This document shows, piece by piece, positions 38,802 to 50,845 of a stretch of 64,000 nt of DNA. The notes beneath the pieces are model-generated. The model was given only the letters and a program-made list of their open reading frames with translations, was not told where the DNA came from and ran no database searches. A program made the translations under genes and the position numbers. This DNA comes from Aplysia californica (taxonomy: Eukaryota): the NCBI RefSeq assembly GCF_000002075.1, contig NW_004797483.1, forward strand, positions 147,258-211,257, in the 5' to 3' direction. The stretch's first letter is position 1; every line of letters begins with the position of its first letter.

Positions 38802-38946
38802 TTTTAGTTTTACGGTACTTGCAACACAAATAGGTCATAAAAGTGCGAGAGATTTGCGATTTGAAAAGAAGAACAGTCAAGGATGATAGATGTTTGACAG
38901 GAAAGAAGGAGCCCACCACACCAGAGCAACCACCAACAGCCCTCAC
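38802..38946 (-). mobile_element. Short repeat family C, copy 5
   Basis: Same conserved blocks with an internal deletion. Confidence 0.7.
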
Positions 38947-40940
38947 TGTAATTTCAAATTTTGCTGGCTCGTGAGATCAAGGTATAAAGTATAATTTCAA
39001 TGTTCCCAGTAAAGATATGATTCAAAGTGAGCCACAGTCATTGGACAAATACAGGCCAAAAGGCTAATGATGCTTACACTTGGATTTCTAGAAAAGGAGT
39101 GTAATAAATAGTTGAGCCAAATCTGACTTCTCAATAAAAGCTTCCAACTGGAAAAGAAAATGGGGTGAGTCACCAGTGTACACCAAGAATATGTGGATTT
39201 GAGGGTGGGAGGTTTGGCTGTACACTTCAAAAGTAAGTATACTACTTTCTTTAACAAAGGAACAAAACATTTTTCAAGACAACAGTGACTGGAAAAGGGT
39301 AGAGCGACCAGGTATTCTGAATGAGGGGGAGGGACAGTCCCACAAAATTATGGACAGTTGGCAGCCCTGGGGTATTGTCGGTGTGTGACTAGACATCTCA
39401 ACAAACACGCCAATCCTGCAGTGGCAGTCTGTTGCTCACACAATGGCAACACGGGCACTGACAAGAGGGACTTCTTCGCTCACTTCCAATTTAAAATCAC
39501 ACACGTCAAACTCAGTCACAATCATTTTCTTTACATAAAATAATATATATATACACATGTATACACAAAAAAAGCGATAATAATGATATATAAATACAAA
39601 TATTCAAAATGCTGATGATTTTTGGCAGCAACATACGAACCATATGAATGCTGGTGGGTTCATGAGATTTCCCCTTGAACTACATCTGAGATGTAAATAT
39701 AATACAAGTGTATACACATGTAGAATGGGACTCACCATAGATATGCTGTGTTCTGTAGATTCTTGTTCGACAATAGACACAAAAAGTTCAACACCCGATC
39801 TCTCCACTCCATGATTACAGTCATACTTCTCCTCGCTCACAATGAACTCAAAAAAACCCAGCTCAACAAATTATCTCATCATACACACAATTTTAAACAC
39901 ACTCTTTCACTGACATATTATTGATAAACAAGAAATACATGTCATGCAAACGTATAAGTACATACTCATATCCAAAATATCAAACATCATTGCTTCAAAA
40001 ACAACAGAAGAAAAAAAAAGAAAAGACAGCGTCATACTCATAGTCATAGTCACTTCACAAGGGAGTCAGTTTTCAAGCATAACTCTAGCACCATACTGTA
40101 TCTCTCTCTATACATAAACTGTACAAATGTTCAGGACAAGAACAGATAAAGAAAAATAAACCTATAGAAAACCACTGAAACCCAACAGAAAAAAACCCAG
40201 ACAGAAATAAAACGTGTTTCAAACCAGCATGAATCTTAGACGGAAAACAACCAAAATGTTCCAAACTACAAAACCACTGGTTGGTCAGGTTATGCATTGT
40301 CACCTAGACAACAAAGGGTACACAAACACATGTGACTACTCAAACTAACCTGAGAAAAGTGAAAACTGTCAATGAACACTCATACAACCGTTTATCTTCT
40401 CAAAGTTAAATTTCTTATGAACTAAACCCCAGGAGGGAAACAGGTGAATATAATTTGAATGTGTCTGCTCAAGCATAGGAAATCCAAACAATCATGAGGG
40501 CATTTTTAACCATCTTATTTCCAATTCCGCTTAATAAAGCAAAACTTATTTTCAATTTTACGTGAATCTATGATAATAACTTACAATAATTCTTTTGAAA
40601 AACAAGCCATAGAAGCCTGCAGACTCATCACATTTGAAACATTTTAAAACTTCTAAGGCTACACCAAACAGCAAAAGGTGTGTAAGTTATTAAAGAAGAA
40701 AAACTAGTTCAGATCTGGGCCCTATATCTGAAAAAAAAAATCCAAAACATTTTTGCCGTGGCTATGAGATAACAACTTTTTCTCTTTTAAGAAGTCACCC
40801 CTCAATGGACAGTATAACCAATATATAATAAGAAATCTTAATTTCACAGTAAAAGGGAAAACAAAAACTGATACAATCAATAACATAAGCATCTCATTTG
40901 ATACTGCTGGTGGGAGTAATACACAACACAATAAAAGAAA

Positions 40941-41181
40941 GGCCACCTCTATTCTCACCCGGGATGAGAATAGTGCAGGCGAGTCTTTTGGCTATTCTCA
41001 CCCGGTGCGCGTTCACCGTTATAGCCTAGATCTAGGCCAACAAATTTTGCGTTCACCCTAAACCACAGAATTCTACACTGTGATAACAGAAAAATTGTAG
41101 AATTCTGTGCCGTGAACAAACGTTCCATTACAACTGTAGCCTACTAAAAGCGTACAATTTTGTCTGTGAGGAGTGGAGAGA

Positions 41182-41216
<35 letters not shown>

Positions 41217-41734
41217 GAGTAAAGCGAGAACTTCCGGTCAAAACAAAATGGCGACCCGCGTAGTTCGGCTCGATTCGAAAAGTTAAATAGCCGTAGCATC
41301 TTTGTAGACAACCAAATTAATTTACTTTTGTGTTTTAACATCATTTTTTAACTTTGTTTTGGTCAATTTGATCGTCCACACCGATAGACAGTATTCAGAA
41401 AGAGACAGAGAGAGAGAGAGAGAGGGGAGGAGTAGATCTTGCGAGAACTTCCGGGCAAAACAAAATGGCGACCCGCGTAGTTCGGCTCGATTCGAACAGT
41501 GAAATAGCCATAGCATCTTTGAAGACGATCAAATTAGCTTACTTTTATGCTAGAACGTAATTTTTTCTTGGCTTTTATCAATTTGATCATCCACACCGAT
41601 AGACAGTATTCCAAAATGAGAAAAAGCAGGTCTTGTTTCGCACCGGGTGAGAATAGCCTACGCTGGCAAGTCTCACCCGGGGTGAGAGGTAGATCGTTTT
41701 TCTATTCTCACCCCGGATGAGAATAGCCACTTCC
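40941..41734 (-). mobile_element. Non-autonomous DNA element family D with palindromic ends
   Basis: Multiple ctattctcacc(c)gg.tgagaatag palindromes at both ends and an internal ~220-bp direct repeat; partial copy at 9675-10050. Confidence 0.75.
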
Positions 41735-42561
41735 TAAAAGAAAATAATACATTCTAGATTGATTTTTAGTTCATCAAATTGTTCAGACACAGGAAGCCAC
41801 TTTTGGGAGAAATTAGCCTGGACTATTTATAGCTATCGGTAACCTCCCACACTTGTTACAGGAGAGAAAACAAGCTTCACTTTATTCAAGAAAAAGTTTA
41901 AGTAGATAGCACTAAATCCTTGGTACTCTGGACCTCAATATTTCTTAAATCGATGGTTAGTCTTAGGTGCACCGGCTTACGGGATGCAAAAAAAAAAACA
42001 TCCCGAGCCCCATATTATTCTTTTCCACCCTGATCATTTTGCAAATGAATTGTATACATAATTTTCTATATAAATTATTCGTAAAACCACTTTCAAAATT
42101 AGGGTTACTGCCAGGAGACTGATGGAAACAAAACAAAGACCTCTGAACGGCAAGCATTTCATCAGATCAACCTCCACTCATTGATGTGAAATCATACCAC
42201 AACCTCCCTAATTCCCACATTCAAGGTGACAATAATATCATGAATAACAAAAAATTCATGCATGTCCAACAAGAAATACTGTTCTTACTGGTCAATGAAG
42301 GTAATCATTAATTAAGAATCCTTTAATAGCTTTAAAGGGATCAAATGAAAACCTAACAGCTGCTTTTTTTTTTTTTGCTTTTCACACCGGCAAGCAGGAC
42401 AACTTCTTTTGAGATGTAAAATTACAATAAACACTTAGCTCTGAAAGAGAAATGTGCTCCAACTGCGACCATCAATACTGTCTCAAGAGCAGCACTGTGT
42501 TTTTACATTACTCTGGCTGTAAAAATTAACTAACAAAAAGAAACCAACAACCCATGAATAT

Positions 42562-43870
42562 CTACACAACATGCGTGCTATTTCCTTTTGATTTAGAGTA
42601 AGAACTTGGGTCTGATTTCTCTGGAATTGTCTTCAGTTTGCTCTGAGAAGAAAAGCGTACCGAGCCGCCACTGTCATCAGACTCAAACACATCGTCTGTG
42701 TCATAGTTGAGCAGACGTCGCTGGGGGTTGTACACTTTGGGCAGGAAGCACAGCTTGGCTGGCAGCGGGCGGTGGCTCGGGTACTCCTGAAGCGTGTCCG
42801 AACCCCCATAGTCTGAGGTGGGTTCTAAGAGGGGAGAATGGGACGCCAGCTCCTCGTGCCGAAGAATGCACGGGTCTGGGTGACCTGGACGTGGGTCTGC
42901 AATGTTCCTGATGGCTCTTATCACGACATAACCGGAGTCAGTGTCGTCTGAGGGGAAAAAACAATGAACAGAAGAAATTAATACTTTACTCCTCCACAAA
43001 CACAAAAGCGGTTCACAAAATTGTTTTGAAATACAATGACAAGCAAAATTCCCATAGGAACAGATTGGGACAAATCAACAATAATAGTAACACACAGAAA
43101 TTAAGTACAAAAATACAAAATCCAGAGCATTTTCAGACTATCCCCAACTCTCAACATCAATTCAATAATAAAATACCACAATAAAGTAAAGTTTGTGATG
43201 TCAACAGTCTCAGGAATAGATCATAGCACAGTTGGCAGCTGTGGGGGAAGGTGATCATTTTCTGCACCTGGCCACATCATATCATGCTAGCCACTCGCAC
43301 TGTAGACACAGCTTGATATTTTTTTCATCATAAACACAAACATTCAGCACAGCCCACCAGAGTTCAAATCAGTGCAACTCTGGAGACACACCTAAAAAAA
43401 ATTAAAATTCCATAACTGGAAACCCCATTTAAAAATAGGTACTCTTAAAACTAGTAATGTGGATCCAATTAACATTGAATCTTCTCTTTTTCTCTCTCAT
43501 ATTCATTAAATTACACCGGCTTTCCGTAATGGGGATCTTTTCATTGTCCATTGGTTAAAACGAAAAGAAAATTAAAATACTGAATTTTCACAACTTTTTT
43601 CTACAACTATGTATTTTTACATTTTGAGCAAGTGATATACCCTACTTGTGACACCTGTAAAATCATACAAATCATATGGAGAGAGATCTTTCTCATACCT
43701 TGGTCCATTTATGTGGAACAGATTACCCATGAAACAAAGACAAATAAAAACACTTGATAGCTTCAAAAGACATCTTAAACATTTTCTGTTCCTACAGGCC
43801 TATCCTTCATAAGCTTTTAACGTTATTTTTCATTATAGTTGTTCTGTTCCTATGTCTGGAAGAAAATAGT

Positions 43871-43926
<56 letters not shown>

Positions 43927-44045
43927 ATTAATGTATATTGCATGGGAAGAAAGGAAGTAGTAAGAAAGGTTTTTTTAAAAATGGGTATTCCAATGTAAAG
44001 CGCATTGAGCTACTTTTTTTGGAAATGCGCTATATAAATGTTATA

Positions 44046-44076
<31 letters not shown>

Positions 44077-44688
44077 TTGCAATCTTTCACATCTCAAATC
44101 TAAAACAAAGACTTTTAAATTACTCAGTAAAACAAATAAAAAGTTAATAATATTCTCAAGCAAATGCTTACCCATTTCCCCATCATCCTGCTGCTTGGCT
44201 GCAGCTGCTCTCTGAAGTCTGCAGCAGGCAAAAAGCACCACCACTGTAGCTACGATCAGCACACTAAGCAGACCAATCAGAGCAAACGCTAATGCCTTCC
44301 AGTACTCTTGGTCTTCTTTCTCCACCGTCGTTGGTCCATCTGACTTTCTGTTCTTGGATTTCTCAGAGTTAGACCCCTTATTTTTTACATTAAAATTATT
44401 GTCTTCCAAACTCTTGTCAAGTGAATTTGGATAGGAAATAATGGTACCAACATCAAACCCTGAAATTTCTTTGAAAATGAATGGCTCACACTGGAGGTCT
44501 GTAAACTCGGCGCAGGGAATCTTTATGATTTGATTGTCCGGGCATTTTGGGGAACATGGTCTGCAGAAGTCCTTACGGAAGTCGAAGTAGTGTCCTTGAT
44601 CACATGAGTGGCTGTCGTTGCCCTGCGTCTGAATCAATGGGCAAAGCAGAACTGTTGCAACAACAGACCACAGTAAGCAAGACGGCAT
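42562..44688 (-). CDS. TNF receptor superfamily-like type I membrane protein (single CRD, no death domain), 300 aa
   Basis: Coding exons 44688-44172 and 42947-42562 join in phase 1 (ATG G|GTAAGC ... cccctcag|AC GAC). Signal peptide MPSCLLWSVVATVLLCPLIQTQG; six-Cys TNFR CRD CDQGHYFDFRKDFCRPCSPKCPDNQIIKIPCAEFTDLQC; stalk; TM ALAFALIGLLSVLIVATVVVLFACC; low-complexity tail. The exon acceptor lies just above 44790. Confidence 0.85.
43640..44075 (+). mobile_element. L2/CR1 LINE 3' end
   Basis: Encodes YGERSFSYLGPFMWNRLP...SFKRHLK (L2-like C-terminus), followed by (TG)n and the tail tgtaaagcgcattgag...gcgctatataaatg(TAT)n. Confidence 0.75.
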
Positions 44689-44728
44689 CTTCCTGCTGGG
44701 TGGTGATTGGTCGCCTTAATCCTTCTGT

Positions 44729-44773
44729 TCACCACCACCCTCCGATGGGACAGTTAGACAAGTCTCTATACAT
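44729..44773 (-). other. uORF MYRDLSNCPIGGWW* in the 5' UTR of the TNFR-like gene
   Basis: ATG at 44773 and TGA at 44731-44729, within the same exon, 40 nt before the main ATG at 44688. Confidence 0.6.
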
Positions 44774-46879
44774 GCTGGAACGGAGCAGCACTGTGCACAG
44801 AAAAGAAGAAAAATAAGATAAATGAGCACAAACTGAACTCATCAACTCTATACTTTATGAATATGAATAAATTACAAAATACAAGATTGCATATAGTAAA
44901 ATCTAGATCTTGGTGTTCTAATACTCATGATGTTATCATGAAAATAAAGAACTGTAATACAGTCCGCCCTCTGGGTTTTCAATGAAATATCATGAGCACT
45001 AGGATTCTAAAAAAAAAAGTTGGTCATCTTCTCTTAGACTTGGACTGTTTTTATACAGCATACATGAACTGTTCCTCAAAACACACCCATAAAGTATGGT
45101 GGTGATAGAATGTCAATCAAAATCAGACCTCTTTCAATACTGCCTTTTCATCTTAGAAGAGAGGGTAAAGGATGACGCGGTAAGTCCAGAGAAAGAGAAA
45201 GCAGGTGACAAACACACAGACAAAAAAAAAAGGGTTTAGTACACCTAGCTAAAGATCCAAACCAAACTTTTCTTCTGTCATAATCACAATTTTAATCATT
45301 AACATTTTCCTTGAATTAATGAGTCATCCTTCAATGAACTGAAAATCTGCTGCCTGCTGCCTCTACAAAATCTACCAAAAATTTTAATATTAATTATCTG
45401 CATTCGACAAAGAAACCAAACAGTTCAGAGGCTCGCAATGCATTTTTAAATGGCATACATATTATATATAGAAGAGATCTAGCCTATATAATGAACACGT
45501 ATGTATATGATCATGTTATTTTTAGTATGTCAACAAAAAGCTTCCAGTGTGCGTAAAACAGGTCAAAGGATAGGTCAAGCTTCTGCTCTGAAATAAAAGA
45601 CTTCAAAAACTTCAACTCTAAGGAGATCAGTGATGACAATCAATCACCTTCTTCCGCGGGAATGAGGTATACAGAGTCTAAATCCCACGCGGGCCGGGGG
45701 GGGGGGGGGGGGGAAAGGAGGAATAGGCAATTTTATGATTTTTGCAAAAGCTGAGGCCAAAAGCCTTGCTAGACACAAGGGGGCATGAGCACCAACTAGG
45801 TGACAAGCGGATAGCTAGATAACGAAAACTAAACGCCATTGGCCAATAGTTACAGTAACAGCCATCTTGTTTGACATCACAGAGGGATTCCCACTTTGTC
45901 AGTCATGGTGGCAACACAACCGCACGATGGCAGCCGGCCGACTTGGATTATTTTCTTTGCAACTTGCAGTCTAACTGTGACTGTGCAGCACCCTTCTTCT
46001 GCCCAGATTGATTCTGATGCTGTACATTACATAAACTGAGAGGAAGAAGAAGACTAAGAGTAGGCCTACGCACGAAAGCAAGTTCAAACAAAGTTCAATG
46101 ATGCAGTGCAAATGATTGACTGTTTCGATCCCGATCATTTCTTTTAAAGTGTTGTAAGCACAAGACATTAAGCACCACTACTTACAAGAGATTGGACTTA
46201 ATAGGACGATAAGCTGCAAATGGAGTAGATTTGATTCGAGACTGCAAGGTTTGCAATGGATACTGGCGCTTCCAAAACCCTGTACTAAAACAACAGACGT
46301 CTGCATAGAGGTCTTTCGTGCCGTTTGAGTGTGGGCAAGCCTTGAGAAGACCAGGCAACTTTCGTTTTCAACAGATTTCTTCGTCAAAGTGAGTTTCCCT
46401 TTCATTGTTATGGGCTGCAAGGAGTGACAGGAAGTTGCTACTTAAGTCGAAAGTGGGTCTTTATTGAGGAGTTCCGGGTCAACCACTACATCATATGCTA
46501 TTTTAATATATTTGTTAGATGGTATTTGGGTCATCTTGACGGTGTTCGTCTTTCATTCTAGCCCCATTATAATGGGGTGGCTGGTCCGACCAAAGAATTT
46601 TTATGCGATCGTGGTGAAACCGGCCGGGTTGATGACAGTGATGATTTGGGGGCAGGGGGGGGGACTGCACAATCATGTGTGCTATGTTTTACTACTAAAA
46701 ATAATGATGATAATAATAATTATATAATAATAGTAATAGGCTAATAATAATAATCTTTATTGTCCTTGTGTAGGCATACATTTCCCATCATGCGTGTACA
46801 TGCATACCATAATTTTGATTCCAGTAATTATTGTGATGATTTTAAGGGGGGGGACAACACAATCATGTGTTCAGCCCCC

Positions 46880-47390
46880 CTCCTATGTATCACGTCTTCT
46901 TCAAGGAGTTTTACGAGAACAAAGAAAAAGAGGAGGTGGCAAAGAAAAGGGCACAGGAAGAGAGGAAGGCAGAAATGTTGAGGAAGAGGGAGGAAAAGAT
47001 GAAGAAAAAGTTTGAAGAGAAGGACAGGAAGCGCCTGGAGAGAGAGCAATTAGAAAGCCGAAAGGTTGGAAGAGAAGAAGAAGGAGGCAGCAATGAAAGG
47101 GAAGGGCAAGAAGAGAAGAGTGGAAGAAAGTTCAAGTTCGGATGATGATGAGGAGTGTATGATGACAGGTCGGATGTTGAGATGGATATGAACGATATGT
47201 GGAGTGTGAATGATGTGATGAAAGTGTATGTGCTGTTTGTGCAAGTAACAGGGACCTGGATGGATGGATTGATCTTGAGTGCAAATGTAGGAGATGGTAC
47301 CACAGAGGATATATTATACAGATAAAGACAGAGAGAAGATACTGGTGAAGAGTGAGGAGACCAGCGAATTCCACGTTGTGTGTACGATAT
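46880..47390 (+). mobile_element. Decayed C-terminus of a pogo/CENP-B-like DDE transposase (KE-rich coil plus PHD finger)
   Basis: KE-rich helix EKEEVAKKRAQEERK, an acidic stretch, then DESVCAVCASNRDLDGWIDLECKCRRWYH (degenerate PHD), with frameshifts. Confidence 0.55.
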
Positions 47391-48212
47391 TCGGGTGTTT
47401 GTAGTGTGAGACCTTGTCGTACACATGGTTGTTATTGAGTTTGTAATTTTTTCTTTTACAGTTCTCCCAGGGACATGGCCTTTTTCTTAAATTGCAAGCC
47501 TGTGTTGCTAATAAATTGGTTTAACATGAACATGAACTTTTGGTCTATTGTGTGCGAAAAATGTATGACAGTCGTCTTTGGTGAACGAAATATTCTGCCG
47601 ATTCCTGGAAAGACGCTTTCAAGCTCCTTGGTATGTTGGAATCGAACCCCAAATTGATCAATGCCCTGGCAATAGGGCAGTTGAGCCTAGTAAGTGATTA
47701 TGAAAGGAAAAAACAAAGTCAAATAGTGTTTTTTAACATCCATGAAGGGCGGCCTGTTTGGCCAAGATGGGTGGCTGGTTTGACCTTAAAGTTCCAAAAG
47801 TGGCCGGATTTACCAAAATGTCACAGACAGAAAATGGACAAACTGATAGGATGCAAAATCTGCTTGTTCACCTGAAACCAGCCACATGCGGCTTACATTT
47901 TACGACATCCTTTTCCAGTATTGACCTTATTACTGGCCAGCAGTTATTTCTGGCCAGCAGTCTTCATTTCTCTGAGGCACCCACGGATAAGGCTTTTAAC
48001 AATGGCCGGTAGACCTGATCTAGAGTACCTGGCCCAACCCGTGACCACTTGTCATATTTTGCTTCTCAGCGGTGTCTGTCGGCAAAATAGGTAGGCAATC
48101 CATGTTCAGGGCCGCTTCAGTGTGTCAACTTCCGGTTTACACCATGATATCGTCACTCATTCTAAAACGTCATTGGCAGATTTCGCATTTTAAAATGTTA
48201 GCCTAATGTTCT

Positions 48213-48440
48213 GCCCTTGGCGCGACTGCAAGCCCTCAGCCTCAGCGCGACCGCATAGGGAACGGGGCGCGAACATGCGCCCACAGACATTAACAAGTGC
48301 AAGAAAGTTGTTAGTACACTATTTAACTCATTCGCTACGTAACTCTAATAAAACAGATTACTGCAACACGAGCTGCACAAAAGGAAAAAAGGGGAACTGG
48401 TCGCGCTCAGGCTCAGTCAGGGCACGGTCGTGCCAAGGGC
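48213..48440. mobile_element. MITE-like inverted-repeat element
   Basis: gcccttggcgcgac...agcctcagcgcgacc / ggtcgcgctcaggct...gtcgtgccaagggc. Confidence 0.6.
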
Positions 48441-48763
48441 CGATGTCTCTAAAGACAGATAGATAGATAGACCTCTGCCTCTAGCCTACGATAGCTTAGA
48501 TCTAGATTCTAGATGTCTAGATAAAATCAATTGAAGAATCTAACGAGCTTAAAAGTATAAGATCACCCAATTCATTCTTTTTTTTAACTTTTCTTGACTT
48601 ATATCACAATCCGTCTTCTGCTCTGCACTTCTGCAACGTCAAGCCAAGGACAGAATTATTTCTTTGAGGTAAGACAAACATTATTCACCATACCCATAGA
48701 AGTTTAATGCACATGCCAATGTTTGTTAAAATCTAGTGGACTGATCAGCCAACAGTAACTTAC

Positions 48764-48900
48764 ACCAGGCACAACTTCAAACTGCTGAGCTGTTGTTTAT
48801 TCCGGGGGACTCGACTAGGCCTACGCTTGATCTTTGTTATGATGGCCGTCGCCATTACAAAGAGGCAGATACGTATCAGCAAAAGAAGCCGAAATTATAA
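48764..48900 (-). promoter_or_regulatory. Candidate non-coding first exon/promoter of the TNFR-like gene
   Basis: Minus-strand donor GGT|GTAAGT at 48764/48763 and a YY1-like AATGGCG near 48850-48856; CTAG/AGATCT-rich DNA lies just inside the intron. Confidence 0.3.
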
Positions 48901-50119
48901 TAGCAACTGCGATGTTTGAAGTGTCAATAAATAATTAGTAAATTTTTCAGGGTAAAAAGGGTAAAACAACGTTTTCTATCTCAAAAACGACCATGAGCAA
49001 TAGTCAACTATCGGTTTGACATGATTTTTTATCCATATAGACACGTTTTAAAATAGCTACCGCAAATTCGAAGCCTTTGTGCCTAACTGGTATCTTTATG
49101 GTCACATGACCTAGTAGTAATCTGAACCCTCGTAGACCCCTGCCTCCAAAGCCTCCGGCCTCCTCTCCTCCACAATGCATGAAAACTTCATAGGCTACTT
49201 GAAACTGACTCTCTTCTCCTGGGCCTAATGCAGGCCTACGTACTCTTTCCTTTCTTATTATTGCATGTAGTCCTCCCCAGAGCCGAATTACAGTGCTCCT
49301 AAGGAACTAAGGAACAATGATGTCACAACCCCCCCNNNNNNNNNNNNNNNNNNNNNNNNNNNNNNNNNNNNNNNNNNNNNNNNNNNNNNNNNNNNNNNNN
49401 NNNNNNNNNNNNNNNNNNNNNNNNNNNNNNNNNNNNNNNNNNNNNNNNNNNNNNNNNNNNNNNNNNNNNNNNNNNNNNNNNNNNNNNNNNNNNNNNNNNN
49501 NNNNNNNNNNNNNNNNNNNNNNNNNNNNNNNNNNNNNNNNNNNNNNNNNNNNNNNNNNNNNNNNNNNNNNNNNNNNNNNNNNNNNNNNNNNNNNNNNNNN
49601 NNNNNNNNNNNNNNNNNNNNNNNNNNNNNNNNNNNNNNNNNNNNNNNNNNNNNNNNNNNNNNNNNNNNNNNNNNNNNNNNNNNNNNNNNNNNNNNNNNNN
49701 NNNNNNNNNNNNNNNNNNNNNNNNNNNNNNNNNNNNNNNNNNNNNNNNNNNNNNNNNNNNNNNNNNNNNNNNNNNNNNNNNNNNNNNNNNNNNNNNNNNN
49801 NNNNNNNNNNNNNNNNNNNNNNNNNNNNNNNNNNNNNNNNNNNNNNNNNNNNNNNNNNNNNNNNNNNNNNNNNNNNNNNNNNNNNNNNNNNNNNNNNNNN
49901 NNNNNNNNNNNNNNNNNNNNNNNNNNNNNNNNNNNNNNNNNNNNNNNNNNNNNNNNNNNNNNNNNNNNNNNNNNNNNNNNNNNNNNNNNNNNNNNNNNNN
50001 NNNNNNNNNNNNNNNNNNNNNNNNNNNNNNNNNNNNNNNNNNNNNNNNNNNNNNNNNNNNNNNNNNNNNNNNNNNNNNNNNNNNNNNNNNNNNNNNNNNN
50101 NNNNNNNNNNNNNNNNNNN

Positions 50120-50143
50120 NACACACACACACACACACACACA

Positions 50144-50196
<53 letters not shown>

Positions 50197-50845
50197 GCGC
50201 GCACGCGCGCGCGCCAGGACTATTTTCATTCAGTCAGACGTAGAGCAACAATAATAAGAATAAAGCTAAAAACTTATGAAGAATAGGCCAGTAGGAACAG
50301 AAAATGCATAAGATATCTTTTGAAGCTATCAAGTGTTCTTACTTGTCTTATAGTTCCATGGGTCCACATAAATGGACCAAGAGAAGAGAAAGATCTCTCT
50401 TCATTTGATTTGTATGATTTAACGGGTGTCACCAGTAGGGTGTTATCGTTTGATGATCTTAGCTAAACCAGGTTTCTCTCTGGCTTATATACAGCCTACT
50501 GATAATTATGTTCTTGTTGCTTAAAAGGAGCAGTTTTATTTATACTTTTGAAACTCATGATTTTGAATATTATTCTTTCTTTTACGGGGAGCCTATGCAG
50601 TTCTTTTAATAGTGGAGTGACATGGTCTCGTTTTTTAGATCTTGTTATCAGTCTACGCAGCATTGTTGAGAATGACTTGTAAACGATTCAAATATTTGTT
50701 GTTCAGACATGCCAGGAGTGAGCTACAATAGTCTAATCTAGATAGCATAAGAGATGTTACCAACGCATTTGTGGTCTCTTCGTTTATAAAGTACTTTCGA
50801 ACTAGGCCTATATCCTTCTCAGCTGAAAATAAAGGGATTTGGACA
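50120..50845 (-). mobile_element. L2/CR1 LINE 3' part (decayed)
   Basis: Minus frames give KSLYFQLRRIGLVRKY, SRLDYCSSLL and LNRLQVILNNAA..ITRSKKRDHVTPLLKELH, then a 3' end homologous to 43640-43810 and (TG)n. Confidence 0.8.

Noticed and set aside
42562-42580. PDZ-binding motif at the TNFR C-terminus (STHVV)
   Set aside because: The -2 residue is His, fitting neither class I (S/T) nor class II (hydrophobic).
49288-50243. Long ORFs of 273-313 aa
   Set aside because: They consist of N-gap and (CA)n sequence; the same applies to ORFs crossing the other gaps.
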